From positions 37,956,464 through 38,020,463 of the forward strand of contig NC_043011.1 of the NCBI RefSeq assembly GCF_006345805.1: a stretch of DNA of 64,000 nt, in the 5' to 3' direction. Origin of the DNA: Octopus sinensis. Taxonomy: Eukaryota. Shown here in pieces: positions 13,381 through 27,000 of the stretch. A program made the position numbers and the translations under genes. The notes under the pieces are model-generated. The model was not told where the DNA came from, did not search any database, and saw nothing but the letters and a program-made list of their open reading frames with translations. Position 1 is the first letter of the stretch, and every line of letters begins with the position of its first letter.

Positions 13381-14118
13381 TATATATATATATATGTTAT
13401 ATGTATATATGTATATATATGTATATATATATGTTATATGTATATATATATATATATATAGATATTATATATGTATATATATGTATAGATATATATATAT
13501 GTTATATATATATATAATATATATATATATACATATATATACATATGTGTGTGTGTTTGTGTGTATGTATGTATATATTATTTTGGTAATTAGTAAGGAA
13601 TTTCTCCAAACATTTACCGGTTTACTCACGGTTAGGTATTCAAAATAGGTTATTGAATAGTTAATATAACAATCCAATAATAATTCTCATAAGATGAGAA
13701 TTTAGAGTTGTATTCCGTTCGGTAATTCTAAATATATTACCTGAAACATACAGGTTTCTTGTAGTACATAATATTAATAATAATGATAATAAAAATTATT
13801 GCGAAATGGTGTGGCGTTATCTTCAAATTCTTTTGAAAATATACAGCTCTACATATATCTACACATGTCTCAACTGCGTCGATTAGTAATAGTTGCGGTT
13901 GCAACCTTATTATAATAGCGGTGCAGTATCAAAGGATATAAAAGTGAAGACCTTGAAGAAACTTCGCCGGCATTATAGTTGCGTTGCAATAGCAATTGTT
14001 TCAATGTAGTTGAAACATGTGTTGGTCGATGTAAATCTGCATATATAAAGAGAAATTAAGGTTAATACTTTGCCACATCGTAATTATCCTTATATTATTA
14101 TTATTATTATTATTATTA

Positions 14119-14157
<39 letters not shown>

Positions 14158-14167
14158 CCTTACTATG

Positions 14168-14265
<98 letters not shown>

Positions 14266-14280
14266 TATACATATATATAC

Positions 14281-14432
14281 ACGTTTCTTCCAGTTTCCGT
14301 CTACGAAATCCACTCACAAGTCAATGATCGGTTCGAGACTATATTAGAAACCACCTGCCTAAGGCTCCACGAAGTGGACTGAACCCCGAATCATGCGGTT
14401 GGGAAGCAATCTTCTTACCGCACAGCCACGTG
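14281..14432 (-). mobile_element. SINE family B, 5' part
   Basis: ttccagtttccgtctacgaaatccactcacaag...cttaccgcacagccac. Confidence 0.7.
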
Positions 14433-14508
14433 TACAAGTATATACTTACAAATACAGATTTGTATGTGAATATTGGTATATGTGTGCGTGTTTTGTGTGT
14501 GTGCGTGT

Positions 14509-14541
<33 letters not shown>

Positions 14542-16059
14542 TGTGTGTGTGCGTGTTGTGTGTGTGTGTGTATGTGTGTGTGTATGAGTGTCTTTATCTG
14601 CAGACATGTATATGTGTGTGACTGTGTAGGCGTTAAGAATATCACAGCACAACAACGCAAATACGCATTCAACACATGCCAGAATATGACCTTCTGTACG
14701 CCTGACAAGTCCTGGAACATCATTATCTCAAGCTGAAGCGACACTGAGTACAATTTGCATTTCATTTAAATGCCACTCTAGTACGTTTACCCAAAATTTA
14801 AATTACGTTGTCGCAAATTCTTTATACAAAACCACATCTGCCATGCACTTTATGCTAGTTTGCACAAATATCTATGCATTAATGCCTTTCAATGTCACTA
14901 ATAAAATACCATTTGACATATTTCATATAAATATTGTTCAATAGCGTTGCTCTACATGTTGACCTTTCCAACTTAAGTTGTTATATAGAAGTTTTTATTA
15001 ATTATATAACTTAATATTCTTAAAAGTTACTATATTTTCTCAGACATAGGTAAATCTTGCCAAATATGGACCCATTAATTATTGTCAAGTTTCTGGTGTT
15101 GTCGACGCCGCACGAAGGAATCCAACCGATCGGTATATGTTCTCTCTACAATTTCTTCTATCACAATCTGCATTTCTTTCTTTCTCTCTGCTCTTTTTCT
15201 CTCTTCACATTCCTTCCATTTCTTCTTCCATTCACCTCGTCCAACTATTTGTCATTTATCCGCCTTCACCCCCGTCTCCCCCTCTCTTGCTTTGTCTCTC
15301 TCTCTCTCTATCTATCTCTCTCTGTCTTTCTCTCACGCGCTCCTTCTTTACAACTGCTCCTCCCTAAATTTCACCACTCCGCTTGTTTCAGCCCCCTGTT
15401 ACTCACTCCTCGTCTTTGCCTGATCCTTGATTTTTCCCACTATTTGTCTTTCTCTACCCTTCATCAGCCTGTTTTCTTTCCCACTCACCCCTTTTCGGCA
15501 CCAGGTGAGGATCTCATTTCTGCATTATCCAACCCTTCTCCTGCTTGACTGCTCACCTGTCAGTCATACGTTCTTGGGCTGTCATCATAGCATTCATTTT
15601 CAACCCGGAATTCGCCTTAATTTTCCACACATTTCATACTACTATCAATTTCTTCCATCTTTCCATATTATTTTTTCTGTCTTCTTAACTCCCTACTTTC
15701 CTTTTCAAGTCCTATTGGACATTTTTTCGTAAGCATTACTTCTGCACATGTCTTGACTTATGCTGTCTCATAATCAAAATGCCATTACACATAAGTATAT
15801 GTTTATATATATATATGTTGTTTTCCAGAATGTCCTATCCTTATTTTATCGTGGTTTACTAATTCTTTCTCTTCTTTGTCATCTTTATTTACATTCAACC
15901 AGTTATCCCTGCAGCGTTTCCTGTTGACGTCAGCAAAATGAACAACAGTCTTAGTGAAAATGGCGTGACAACGTGATGAATATGGCCGATAGTTGATGAT
16001 AATTGATGTCCGTCTAGTGAGCTTGATTTTCTCGGTTTTTGCTCCATTGTCACCCCTCA

Positions 16060-16091
<32 letters not shown>

Positions 16092-16092
16092 G

Positions 16093-16123
<31 letters not shown>

Positions 16124-16242
16124 ATGGATGGATAGATAGTCAAACTGATAATGATACATATGTATCCATATAGACACATATATGAATATATATCATATAT
16201 GTATATATATATATATATATATCCATAGATATATGCGTATGA

Positions 16243-16291
<49 letters not shown>

Positions 16292-17929
16292 TATACACGT
16301 ATGTATGTATGTATGGGCATTTATGAAATATGCGAATATATTCGGTGGCGCGTGTATTTGTGTACCATCATTCGTAATAATTCTCATTTGCATAGGATTT
16401 TACTTTCTGTCCATTGAATAGAACACAAGCAATTATTAATACGTCAAACGACAAACAATTAAATACGAATCCCTTACAAGAAAATAATATTATAATATAT
16501 CAGATAATTCAATCAATTCATTATCTATGTGATAGCAGTTCAATCTACATCGTATAGTTTGCATTTTAATTAGGCCCCTCTCCCTAATTATATAGTCTAA
16601 TTATATAGTCTCCCTTGACCACAAGTGGCCTGAACTCTTTACATGAACACCACCCTGTACATAACTCCATCTCCCCCTACATGGCCTTGCTTTTTGCTTT
16701 TTGAGCCCCCCAAATATTAACTAACTAACTAACATATGACATTTAGTTTATAATTAAGTATAGATGGCTGTTACACTGATTGTAGCTTGTTGGGGAAATT
16801 TCTGTCACGCTCTCGCTCAACTAATAATATTGTTTTCTCTGTCCGTTCCTCGCTCACCCGATGAGGTATGAGTATCTAAATTTTGCAGTCTCGCGAATTG
16901 TGTTACTAAAACATTGATACTATTAATTATAGTATTCTTTTTTCATCTCATTGCTTTGCAGTAAGCTATGTGTTAATCCCTGGTAGAGTAGATATATTGG
17001 AAATTTTGTGCAGTCATCACTTTCCAGTCATTTTAAATGGATTGGGAAGGACATTATCGGATTTGTAGCTTGCGTATTCCTGACTGTTCTTATGTGATGT
17101 ACGTTAATCATTGACGTGACTGGGACGTCATGTCGCGTCACGAATATGTCACAGAAAAATATCGTCTGCGTATGAGATGCGACGGATGCTTCCGAGTTAC
17201 ATTTCCGGTTAGTCTACGTGACAATGAAATTACTGAAGAAATAAAGGACTTTCAGAACTTTAATTTTTTACTCAAAGAATAGCAATATTATGTGCCATTG
17301 AGAATATAATGTTATGTGAATATTATGTGTGCATTCAGGAACGATCGATATTCATTCTAACATTTGCTCAGCAAAACGAAATTGGACCACAAACTGAATA
17401 CGTGTATTATAATGCAATACTTTTTCACCATACATGTGTTATATATTATATTTACATACATATATAAAACATATATGTGTATGTGTGTATACATATATAC
17501 ATATACATGTGAGTATATATATATACATAAGTATATGTATATATATATATATGTATTTATATATACGTTTATATATTTGTTGTGCAAGATTTTTTTATGT
17601 GAAATCGTGTGTTGAAACAGACATTGTTATATTTCGGAATGGTCATTTTGCCAGTTTAGCCAATAAAAACACACGCACTATATATTTGGTGTTACTTTGC
17701 TTCAGTATTATTTATTTTTTACATTAATCTTAATCTTATTTCGGCCAGTGTTCTTTCGTCACACTCCTGTGACCGCATCAGTGGTCCTTTGTTTTCTTCT
17801 TTTTTTTATTGGTGTCTTTCCTTACTATCCGTCAGCCATTTTGTATTTCTATTAGATTTCTTCATCCAAATCCGTTCACAAGATTCCCCACTCTGAGACT
17901 AAACCCAGAATCATGTAGTGAAGCGACAG

Positions 17930-19450
17930 AGTCGGAGATGGCCTGTCTTGGTAAATAAATTTGTAAAAATCCCGTCTCACTACCGACAGAGAATTATCTG
18001 GTGGAGGGTGACTCTCCACCTTTCCTTTTCTCGTGGGATCGGGGCAGGTAATCCATGAAATATAGAATTATTAAAGCCTAATCTCATTGATGATACTGTC
18101 TTACGGTATTTGTTTTGTAAAATTCTATGAGTCTTATTTCAGACTTCATACACGTCATAATTGGTAAATTTCTCTGTAAGGTTATCTTTTTCGTTTTTTT
18201 TTTTTTGCAGTCTTAATCAATTGAATGTCTCTCATTAGCTCGGTATCTTTAGTGTATATGGCTATTAAGCCTTTTTCTCTTCTAGCAGTCTTTTTTTGAT
18301 CGCTGTTGTGTAGTAGTCACCGGTCTCGGTTGAGTTACTTATCGTATTTTCCTTTTGTCTGTTGTTTTCTTCTCATCTTTTTCTTCTTTTTCTTCTTTCT
18401 CTTTTTCTTTTTTCTCCTCTTGCTCCTCTTCCTCATTTTCCTTGCAATTCCTTTGAATGTGGCCTAATTGACCACATAAAAAACATCGGGTTTTTTCGGC
18501 CCTCAAAAAACACCACGAGGGTCTCCTCCCCAATCTCAATTGTCTCGGGAATTGCTTCAATTATTTTAGGGTCAGTTTGAATGATGAGATTAACTGTTTG
18601 ACCAGTTCAGTTAGCGTTTTCGGTAGCGGCAGCCTAGAGGAGAGTAAGTTCCTCTTCCTCTTTGATTAGTACTGCCGCCAGCAACCACATAGGATCTACT
18701 TCCTGTGGGACCCTTGTGATTTTAATTCTGGACGTTCTCATCTCCATATAGGTGGAGATGAGCGTCACGTCGTCCGTTTTCAGCGTTTCTACTGAATGCT
18801 TCTGTGCAATTTCTTTGTTGGTAAACCTTACTACCTCCGTTCCGATTTTTTGCTTCTTGTCAGATAAACCACCTTCAGGCATTTCTCTATATTCCCTTCT
18901 GTAATTTTCTAAATTTTTCTTTTTTGCAAACAGTAATTTTTGAATAGTATTGTTTTCCGTTTTTCTTCTAATATTAATTTCTCCGGCGGGTGTATTTTAA
19001 CAACGTTGTCATTTATTTGCATCATTTCACTGTATTTCATAAAATCACAATTATTCGTCGAAAGCAGCCGGATTCCACCCCCAGCTGCCAACGCAAAACT
19101 TTTTTTTCTATTTTTGGCTGTTAAGTTTGGATGCTAGGTACATCAATTATTATTTTTGGACACGATACTTTTGTTGTTTGGCAAACTCGGGAATTCTTCT
19201 TGTGAAAGTTCTGATGAGCTTTCAGACACATATCCAACTACATTTCGTTATTCTTTTTTGCAACGGGGGAATCTATTAGTTCTTTGTTCTTTATTGGCTC
19301 CTCGCCAGACAACATGTAATTCTCCATTTCAACAGGAGAAACAAACCTTTCTGTTCCAACAGTAGGCTCCTCGCTAGATGACGTTTCCTCCCACCCCAAC
19401 GGGGGAATGAACAATGTGTGCTTTCTACAAGCAATTAGTGTTTTCAAATG
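17930..19450 (-). pseudogene. Degraded ORF1/gag-like sequence (RRM-like region + CX2CX4HX4C knuckle) of an L1/Tx1-type element
   Basis: ORF pieces 18909-19091, 18634-18882 (VVRFTNKEIAQKH...SRIKITRVP) and 18339-18560 (CFLCGQLGHIQRNC followed by a K/E-rich tail) join through stops and frameshifts. No RT is seen downstream. Confidence 0.6.
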
Positions 19451-19573
19451 AAAACTCCAACAGTTAAGAAATTCAACAATTTTACAAGAATCAGCAGTTA
19501 TTAGCAATATTAACACCAAGAAACAGCAATTTTCACCACGAACACATGTGCCACGCATAAGAAACAAAAGAGA

Positions 19574-19988
19574 CAGACAAAATACCTATTTCTTTACTAC
19601 CCACAAGGAGCTAAACACAGAAGGGACAAACACGGACAGACAAACGGATTAAGTCGATTATATCGACTCCAGTGCGTAACTGGTACTTATTTAATCGACC
19701 CCGAAAGGATGAAAGGCAAAGTCGACCTCGGCGGAATTTGAACTCAGAACGTAGCGGCAGACGATATACCCACGAGGGGCTAAACACAGAGTGGACAAAC
19801 AAGGTCAGACAAACGGATTGAATCGATTACATCGACCCCAGTGCGTACCTGGTACATAATTTATCGAACCCGAAAGGATGAAAAGCAAAGTCGACCTCGG
19901 CGGAATCTGAACTCAGAACGTAACCGCAGACGAAATACCACTAAGCATTTTGCCCGGCGTGCTAACGTTTCTACCAGCTCGCTGCCTT
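19574..19988 (-). mobile_element. SINE family A head-to-tail dimer
   Basis: Two consecutive bodies, with only the rightmost retaining the full head. Confidence 0.85.
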
Positions 19989-20841
19989 GTACGGATATTG
20001 TTAAATGAGATGATCAGTGCAGGAAAAATTTTAAACTCATGCCTTCTCTGGCATGGGCTAAACAGAAGCTGCATCATCTACAAGAAAAACAGCACTTACG
20101 TCAAGAGAACAGAAAAAGCCAAATATTAATTTAAAAAAAACACTCACACACACTTACTATTTGTCGATGCAGATCAATACTAATTTCCTTGGTTTTAAAC
20201 TTTTCATTTATTAACTAATACTTGTACGATATAATTTTCACTGTAATATGCCAATCAAATAATTGAATAAATAATCAAGAGATAAATATACATTTACCTT
20301 CATTCACACATGCATACATACGATCGTGTGTGAGATATACTGAATAAAATGACGCATATTCACACATGTAAAGAGTACATACTAATACAGAGAAACTGAC
20401 TCACAAATGTACTTCCATAGATTAAAAATAAGAGATATAAAAAAATGAAACAAATCATAAAAAAGTTCAGAAAAAATAATTGAGACTAAGAATTTAATGG
20501 ATGAATCTTCCACTTCAGGTCTCTTTTTTTTCATTATTTTTCATTATTATTATTATTATTATCGGTTCGAATTTTTTTAGAACTTCTCATCAATGATTAA
20601 ATTAAATAAGTATATATTATATCAAGTGTATCAAATAACTAATATCTCTCGATTTCGTTACTTCTTTGATGTGTCAATTTATGGACAGCCAGAGATAGAG
20701 TGATAGAGACGGGTAGGAGATGGGGTTGAAAAAGTAACGGGGCAAAAAAATATATACATCTCGATTCTAGTTTTTGACGTATTGCTTTTCTGCACACATA
20801 CATACATTTCTGCAGTAATACATAGCTATATACATAGTCAT

Positions 20842-20941
<100 letters not shown>

Positions 20942-21065
20942 CACAATGTAGATATGCTATATGCATTCTCTTATATATAATTGTATGTCTTTATGTTATG
21001 TATGTTACTATCTATGTCTATAACATTATCTGCTTCCACCAATAAATATATATAGACATATGTAC

Positions 21066-21139
<74 letters not shown>

Positions 21140-21204
21140 CATATATACATATATACATATATATATACATATATATACATATCTATATATATATACGTAT
21201 ATAT

Positions 21205-21245
<41 letters not shown>

Positions 21246-22396
21246 CGTATACCTACATATATATGGCCTCGCATATACTAATATCTAAATACGTACAAGT
21301 GTACATGTGAATGCGTGTGTGTGTACTTATGTGTATATCTGAGTGTCTGTGGTTTGCACAAAAAATTATGTTTTCAGCCATTTTGCAGTGTCGGACATTA
21401 ATATCATCAAAGACAAATAAGAAAATAAAATTAAAATATCAGAATGCTTTTTCTAAACATAAAGAATAAAAAATAAGCAAAGCCGAAATTAAAATAAGAG
21501 GTTATTGGCTCCATCTAAATTTCACTGAAAAATAAGTCAGAATTAAACTTAGTTTGCTTATTACCGTGCTTATTACGGCATAACAAATATTATTCAGATA
21601 AATACACAAATCTACAGTGAAACACAGCGAAGACTTCGTGTAGATGAATATTTATTAATCCTATACCTGAAAGCAATAGGTAAAATGTATTAGCTACATT
21701 TTAAAGTTCGAAGGTGTCCATCAATATGATATCAATCCTATTGACATCAAATGCACAATATGGCGGAATAGATGCGTTGTTTTAGTGTATGTGACCTATT
21801 CCCAAATATATTAGTAGTTTAGGTGAAAAGAAATTACAACATCTGCGAATCAAACGAATAGAACAAAAGAGTAGATACGTTACTATATTGATTTCGAATG
21901 TAGTAATATAGCCAAACATATTTTTGTAGTGGATAATATGATTGATTCTCAGTAACGTATGTACTTGAATTGGGGTTACATTGTCGACCTCAGGAAGCGA
22001 GAAAAGTGACGTGGAAATATGCTAGACTTCAAGTCAGAAAGTAATGTAGGATACAGGTACTTTTTTTTTCTTTTCCGTTGCTCTTCCTATTCCACCAATC
22101 CGAATCCGGGAAAAGATATTCAGAAAAAAAAATTGAAAGAAATTCATTGCCACCAAAGAAATGTTAGTCACGCGCAAACACACACATACACAAACACATA
22201 TAAATGCACGCACCTCCACATATACAGACACAGACATAAACATACACACCCCGGAATACCCCCTATTCACACATATATTTATATATATATATACATATAT
22301 ATATACATATATATATATACACAAATATACATACTTACATATTTCCAAACATACATATGAATGTGTGTACGTACTTTTACATAGGCACACATGTAT

Positions 22397-22428
<32 letters not shown>

Positions 22429-22431
<3 letters not shown>

Positions 22432-23830
22432 CACAATCAAGGAACGGCCATAATAGGCCATTCACCCACTAGAAATAACAGCCAAAAAGCTTCACCGCAA
22501 AATAACATTAATTCTGTAAACCAGGAGAAAATTAAAAAAACATTTACCCTGAAATTCCTTATACGATGCACCGTTTCGTCTACTGTTTAATGGTAAGCTA
22601 ACCTGATTAAATTAAATCAAGTCAATCTACCATAGGCCCTTAGATTCATCAGTAAGGAATAGCCAAATCGGAACAGATATTTTTCAACGAGGCATTCACG
22701 TCCATGCCTCGCCAATATCTGACCTAAAATTTTCAAATCGTCGCACTCGCGCCAAATTTATCGGCAGCAAATAAATATAAGCCGCCGATTCCATTACGGA
22801 ACTAACCAGAAAATTCATAATTAATCAATATAGGGAGGCAAAAAAATTTTGTAGAATTCTTTAGCCCCCAGCGGCCTAGTGGGAAAAAATTAAATAGTCA
22901 TAAACCATTTTTAAGTTCAATATCACAATCAAGGAACGGCCATAATAGGCCATTCACCCACTAGAAATAACAGCCAAAAAGCTTCAACCGCAAAATAACA
23001 TTAATTCTGTAAACCAGGAGAAAATTAAAAAAACATTTACCCTGAAATTCCTTATACGATGCACCGTTTCGTCTACTGTTTAATGGTAAGCTAACCTGAT
23101 TAAATTAAATCAAGTCAATCTACCATAGGCCCTTAGATTCATCAGTAAGGAATAGCCAATCGGAACAGATATTTTTCAACGAGGCATTCACGTCCATGCC
23201 TCGCCAATATCTGACCTAAAATTTTCAAATCGTCGCACTCGCGCCAAATTTATCGGCAGCAAATAAATATAAGCCGCCGATTCCATTACGGAACTAACCA
23301 GAAAATTCATAATTAATCAATATAGGGAGGCAAAAAAATTTTGTAGAATTCTTTAGCCCCCAGCGGCCTAGTGGGAAAAAATTAAATAGTCATAAACCAT
23401 TTTTAAGTTCAATATCACAATCAAGGAACGGCCATAATAGGCCATTCACCCACTAGAAATACAGCCAAAAAGCTTCAACGCAAAATAACATTAACATATT
23501 CTGTAAACCAGGAGAAAATTAAAAAAACATTTACCCTGAAATTCTTATACGATGCACCGTTTCGTCTACTGTTTATTGGTAAGCTAACCTGATTAAATTA
23601 AATCAAGTCAATCTACCATAGGCCCTTAGATTCATCAGTAAGGAATAGCCAAATCGGAACAGATATTTTTCAACGAGGCATTCACGTCCATGCCTCGCCA
23701 TATCTGACCTAAAATTTCAAATCGTCGCACTCGCGCCAAATTTATCGGCAGCAAATAATATAAGCCGCCGATTCCATTACGGAACTAACCAGAAAATTCA
23801 TAATTAATCAATATAGGGAGCCAAAAAAAT
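22429..23830 (-). repeat. Left (inverted) block of ~492-bp hammerhead-ribozyme tandem array, ~2.85 units
   Basis: Unit starts (tcacaatcaagg) at 22431, 22923 and 23415, a period of 492. The block is the reverse complement of the unit in 23831-30318 and is preceded by (TA)n. Confidence 0.97.
22554..23646 (-). ncRNA. Three type I hammerhead motifs on the minus strand (inverted block)
   Basis: Reverse-complement motifs (attccttatacgatgcaccgtttcgtcta...tagattcatcagtaaggaat) at 22554-22660, 23047-23153 and 23541-23646. Confidence 0.82.
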
Positions 23831-24097
23831 TGTGATATTGAACTTAAAAATGGTTTATGACTATTTAATTTTTTCCCACTAGGCCGCTGGGGGCTAAAGA
23901 ATTCTACAAAATTTTTTTGCCTCCCTATATTGATTAATTATTAATTTTCTGGTTAGTTCCGTAATGGAATCGGCGGCTTATATTTATTTGCTGCCGATAA
24001 ATTTGGCGCGAGTGCGACGATTTGAAAATTTTAGGTCAGATATTGGCGAGGCATGGACGTGAATGCCTCGTTGAAAAATATCTGTTCCGATTTGGCT

Positions 24098-27000
24098 ATT
24101 CCTTACTGATGAATCTAAGGGCCTATGGTAGAGATGACTTGATTTAATTTAATCAGGTTAGCTTACCATTAAACAGTAGACGAAACGGTGCATCGTATAA
24201 GGAATTTCAGGGTAAATGTTTTTTTAATTTTCTCCTGGTTTACAGAATTAATGTTATTTTGCGGTTGAAGCTTTTTGGCTGTTATTTCTAGTGGGTGAAT
24301 GGCCTATTATGGCCGTTCCTTGATTGTGATATTGAACTTAAAAATGGTTTATGACTATTTAATTTTTTCCCACTAGGCCGCTGGGGGCTAAAGAATTCTA
24401 CAAAATTTTTTTGCCTCCCTATATTGATTAATTATGAATTTTCTGGTTAGTTCCGTAATGGAATCGGCGGCTTATATTTATTTGCTGCCGATAAATTTGG
24501 CGCGAGTGCGACGATTTGAAAATTTTAGGTCAGATATTGGCGAGGCATGGACGTGAATGCCTCGTTGAAAAATATCTGTTCCGATTTGGCTATTCCTTAC
24601 TGATGAATCTAAGGGCCTATGGTAGATTGACTTGATTAATTTAATCAGGTTAGCTTACCATTAAACAGTAGACGAAACGGTGCATCGTATAAGGAATTTC
24701 AGGGTAAATGTTTTTTTAATTTTCTCCTGGTTTACAGAATTAATGTTATTTTGCGGTGAAGCTTTTTGGCTGTTATTTCTAGTGGGTGAATGGCCTATTA
24801 TGGCCGTTCCTTGATTGTGATATTGAACTTAAAAATGGTTTATGACTATTTAATTTTTCCCACTAGGCCGCTGGGGGCTAAAGAATTCTACAAAATTTTT
24901 TTTGCCTCCCTATATTGATTAATTATGAATTTGTGGTTAGTTCCGTAATGGAATCGGCGGCTTATATTTATTTTCTGCCGATAAATTTGGCGCGAGTGCG
25001 ACGATTTGAAAATTTTAGGTCAGATATTGGCGAGGCATGGACGAATGCCTCGTTGAAAAATATCTGTTCCGATTTGGCTATTCCTTACTGATGAATCTAA
25101 GGGCCTATGGTAGATTGACTTGATTTAATTTAATCAGGTTAGCTTACCATTAAACAGTAGACGAAACGGTGCATCGTATAAGGAATTTCAGGGTAAATGT
25201 TTTTTTAATTTTCTCCTGGTTTACAGAATTAATGTTATTTTGCGGTTGAAGCTTTTTGGCTGTTATTTCTAGTGGGTGAATGGCCTATTATGGCCGTTCC
25301 TGATTGTGATATTGAACTTAAAATGGTTTATGACTATTTAATTTTTTCCCACTAGGCCGCTGGGGGCTAAAGATTCTACAAAATTTTTTTGCCTCCCTAT
25401 ATTGATTAATTATGAATTTTCTGGTTAGTTCCGTAATGGAATCGGCGGCTTATATTTATTGCTGCCGATAAATTTGGCGCGAGTGCGACGATTTGAAAAT
25501 TTTAGGTCAGATATTGGCGAGGCATGGACGTGAATGCCTCGTTGAAAAATATCTGTTCCGATTTGGCTATTCCTTACTGATGAATCTAAGGGCCTATGGT
25601 AGATTGACTTGATTTAATTTAATCAGGTTAGCTTACCATTAAACAGTAGACGAAACGGTGCATCGTATAGGAATTTCAGGGTAAATGTTTTTTTAATTTT
25701 CTCCTGGTTTACAGAATTAATGTTATTTTGCGGTTGAAGCTTTTTGGCTGTTATTTCTAGTGGGTGAATGGCCTATTATGGCCGTTCTTGATTGTGATAT
25801 TGAACTTAAAAATGGTTTATGACTATTTAATTTTTTCCCACTAGGCCGCTGGGGGCTAAAGAATTCTACAAAATTTTTTTTGCCTCCCTATATTGATTAA
25901 TTATGAATTTTCTGGTTAGTTCCGTAATGGAATCGGCGGCTTATATTTATTTGCTGCCGATAAATTTGGCGCGAGTGCGACGATTTGAAAATTTTAGGTC
26001 AGATATTGGCGAGGCATGGACGTGAATGCCTCGTTGAAAAATATCTGTTCCGATTTGGCTATTCCTTACTGATGAATCTAAGGCCTATGGTAGATTGACT
26101 TGATTTAATTTAATCAGGTTAGCTTACCATTAAACAGTAGACGAAACGGTGCATCGTATAAGGAATTTCAGGGTAAATGTTTTTTTAATTTTCCCTGTTT
26201 ACAGAATTAATGTTATTTTGCGGTTGAAGCTTTTTGGCTGTTATTTCTAGTGGGTGAATGGCCTATTATGGCCGTTCCTTGATTGTGATATTGAACTTAA
26301 AAATGGTTTATGACTATTTAATTTTTTCCCACTAGGCCGCTGGGGGCTAAAGAATTCTACAAAATTTTTTTGCCTCCCTATATTGATTAATTATGAATTT
26401 TCTGGTTAGTTCCGTAATGGAATCGGCGGCTTATATTTATTTGCTGCCGATAAATTTGGCGCGAGTGCGACGATTTGAAAATTTTAGGTCAGATATTGGC
26501 GAGGCATGGACGTGAATGCCTCGTGAAAATATCTGTTCCGATTTGGCTATTCCTTACTGATGAATCTAAGGGCCTATGGTAGATTGACTTGATTTAATTT
26601 AATCAGGTTAGCTTACCATTAAACAGTAGACGAAACGGTGCATCGTATAAGGAATTTCAGGGTAAATGTTTTTTTAATTTTCTCCTGGTTTACAGAATTA
26701 ATGTTATTTTGCGGTTGAAGCTTTTTGGCTGTTATTTCTAGTGGGTGAATGGCCTATTATGGCCGTTCCTTGATTGTGATATTGAACTTAAAAATGGTTT
26801 ATGACTATTTAATTTTTTCCCACTAGGCCGCTGGGGATAAAGAATTCTACAAAATTTTTTTTGCCTCCCTATATTGATTAATATGAATTTTCTGGTTAGT
26901 TCCGTAATGGAATCGCGGCTTATATTTATTTGCTGCCGATAAATTTGGCGCGAGTGCGACGATTTGAAAATTTTAGGTCAGATATTGGCGAGGCATGGAC

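Noticed and set aside
8846-17727. Dozens of [12 protein letters not shown] and poly-I/L/Y ORFs, here and throughout the window
   Set aside because: They arise from (TA)n, (TG)n, (CA)n and (TTA)n microsatellites that lack stop codons.
20030-20090. Strong minus-strand acceptor (tttttcttgtag|ATGATGCAG)
   Set aside because: There is no matching donor or recognisable peptide.
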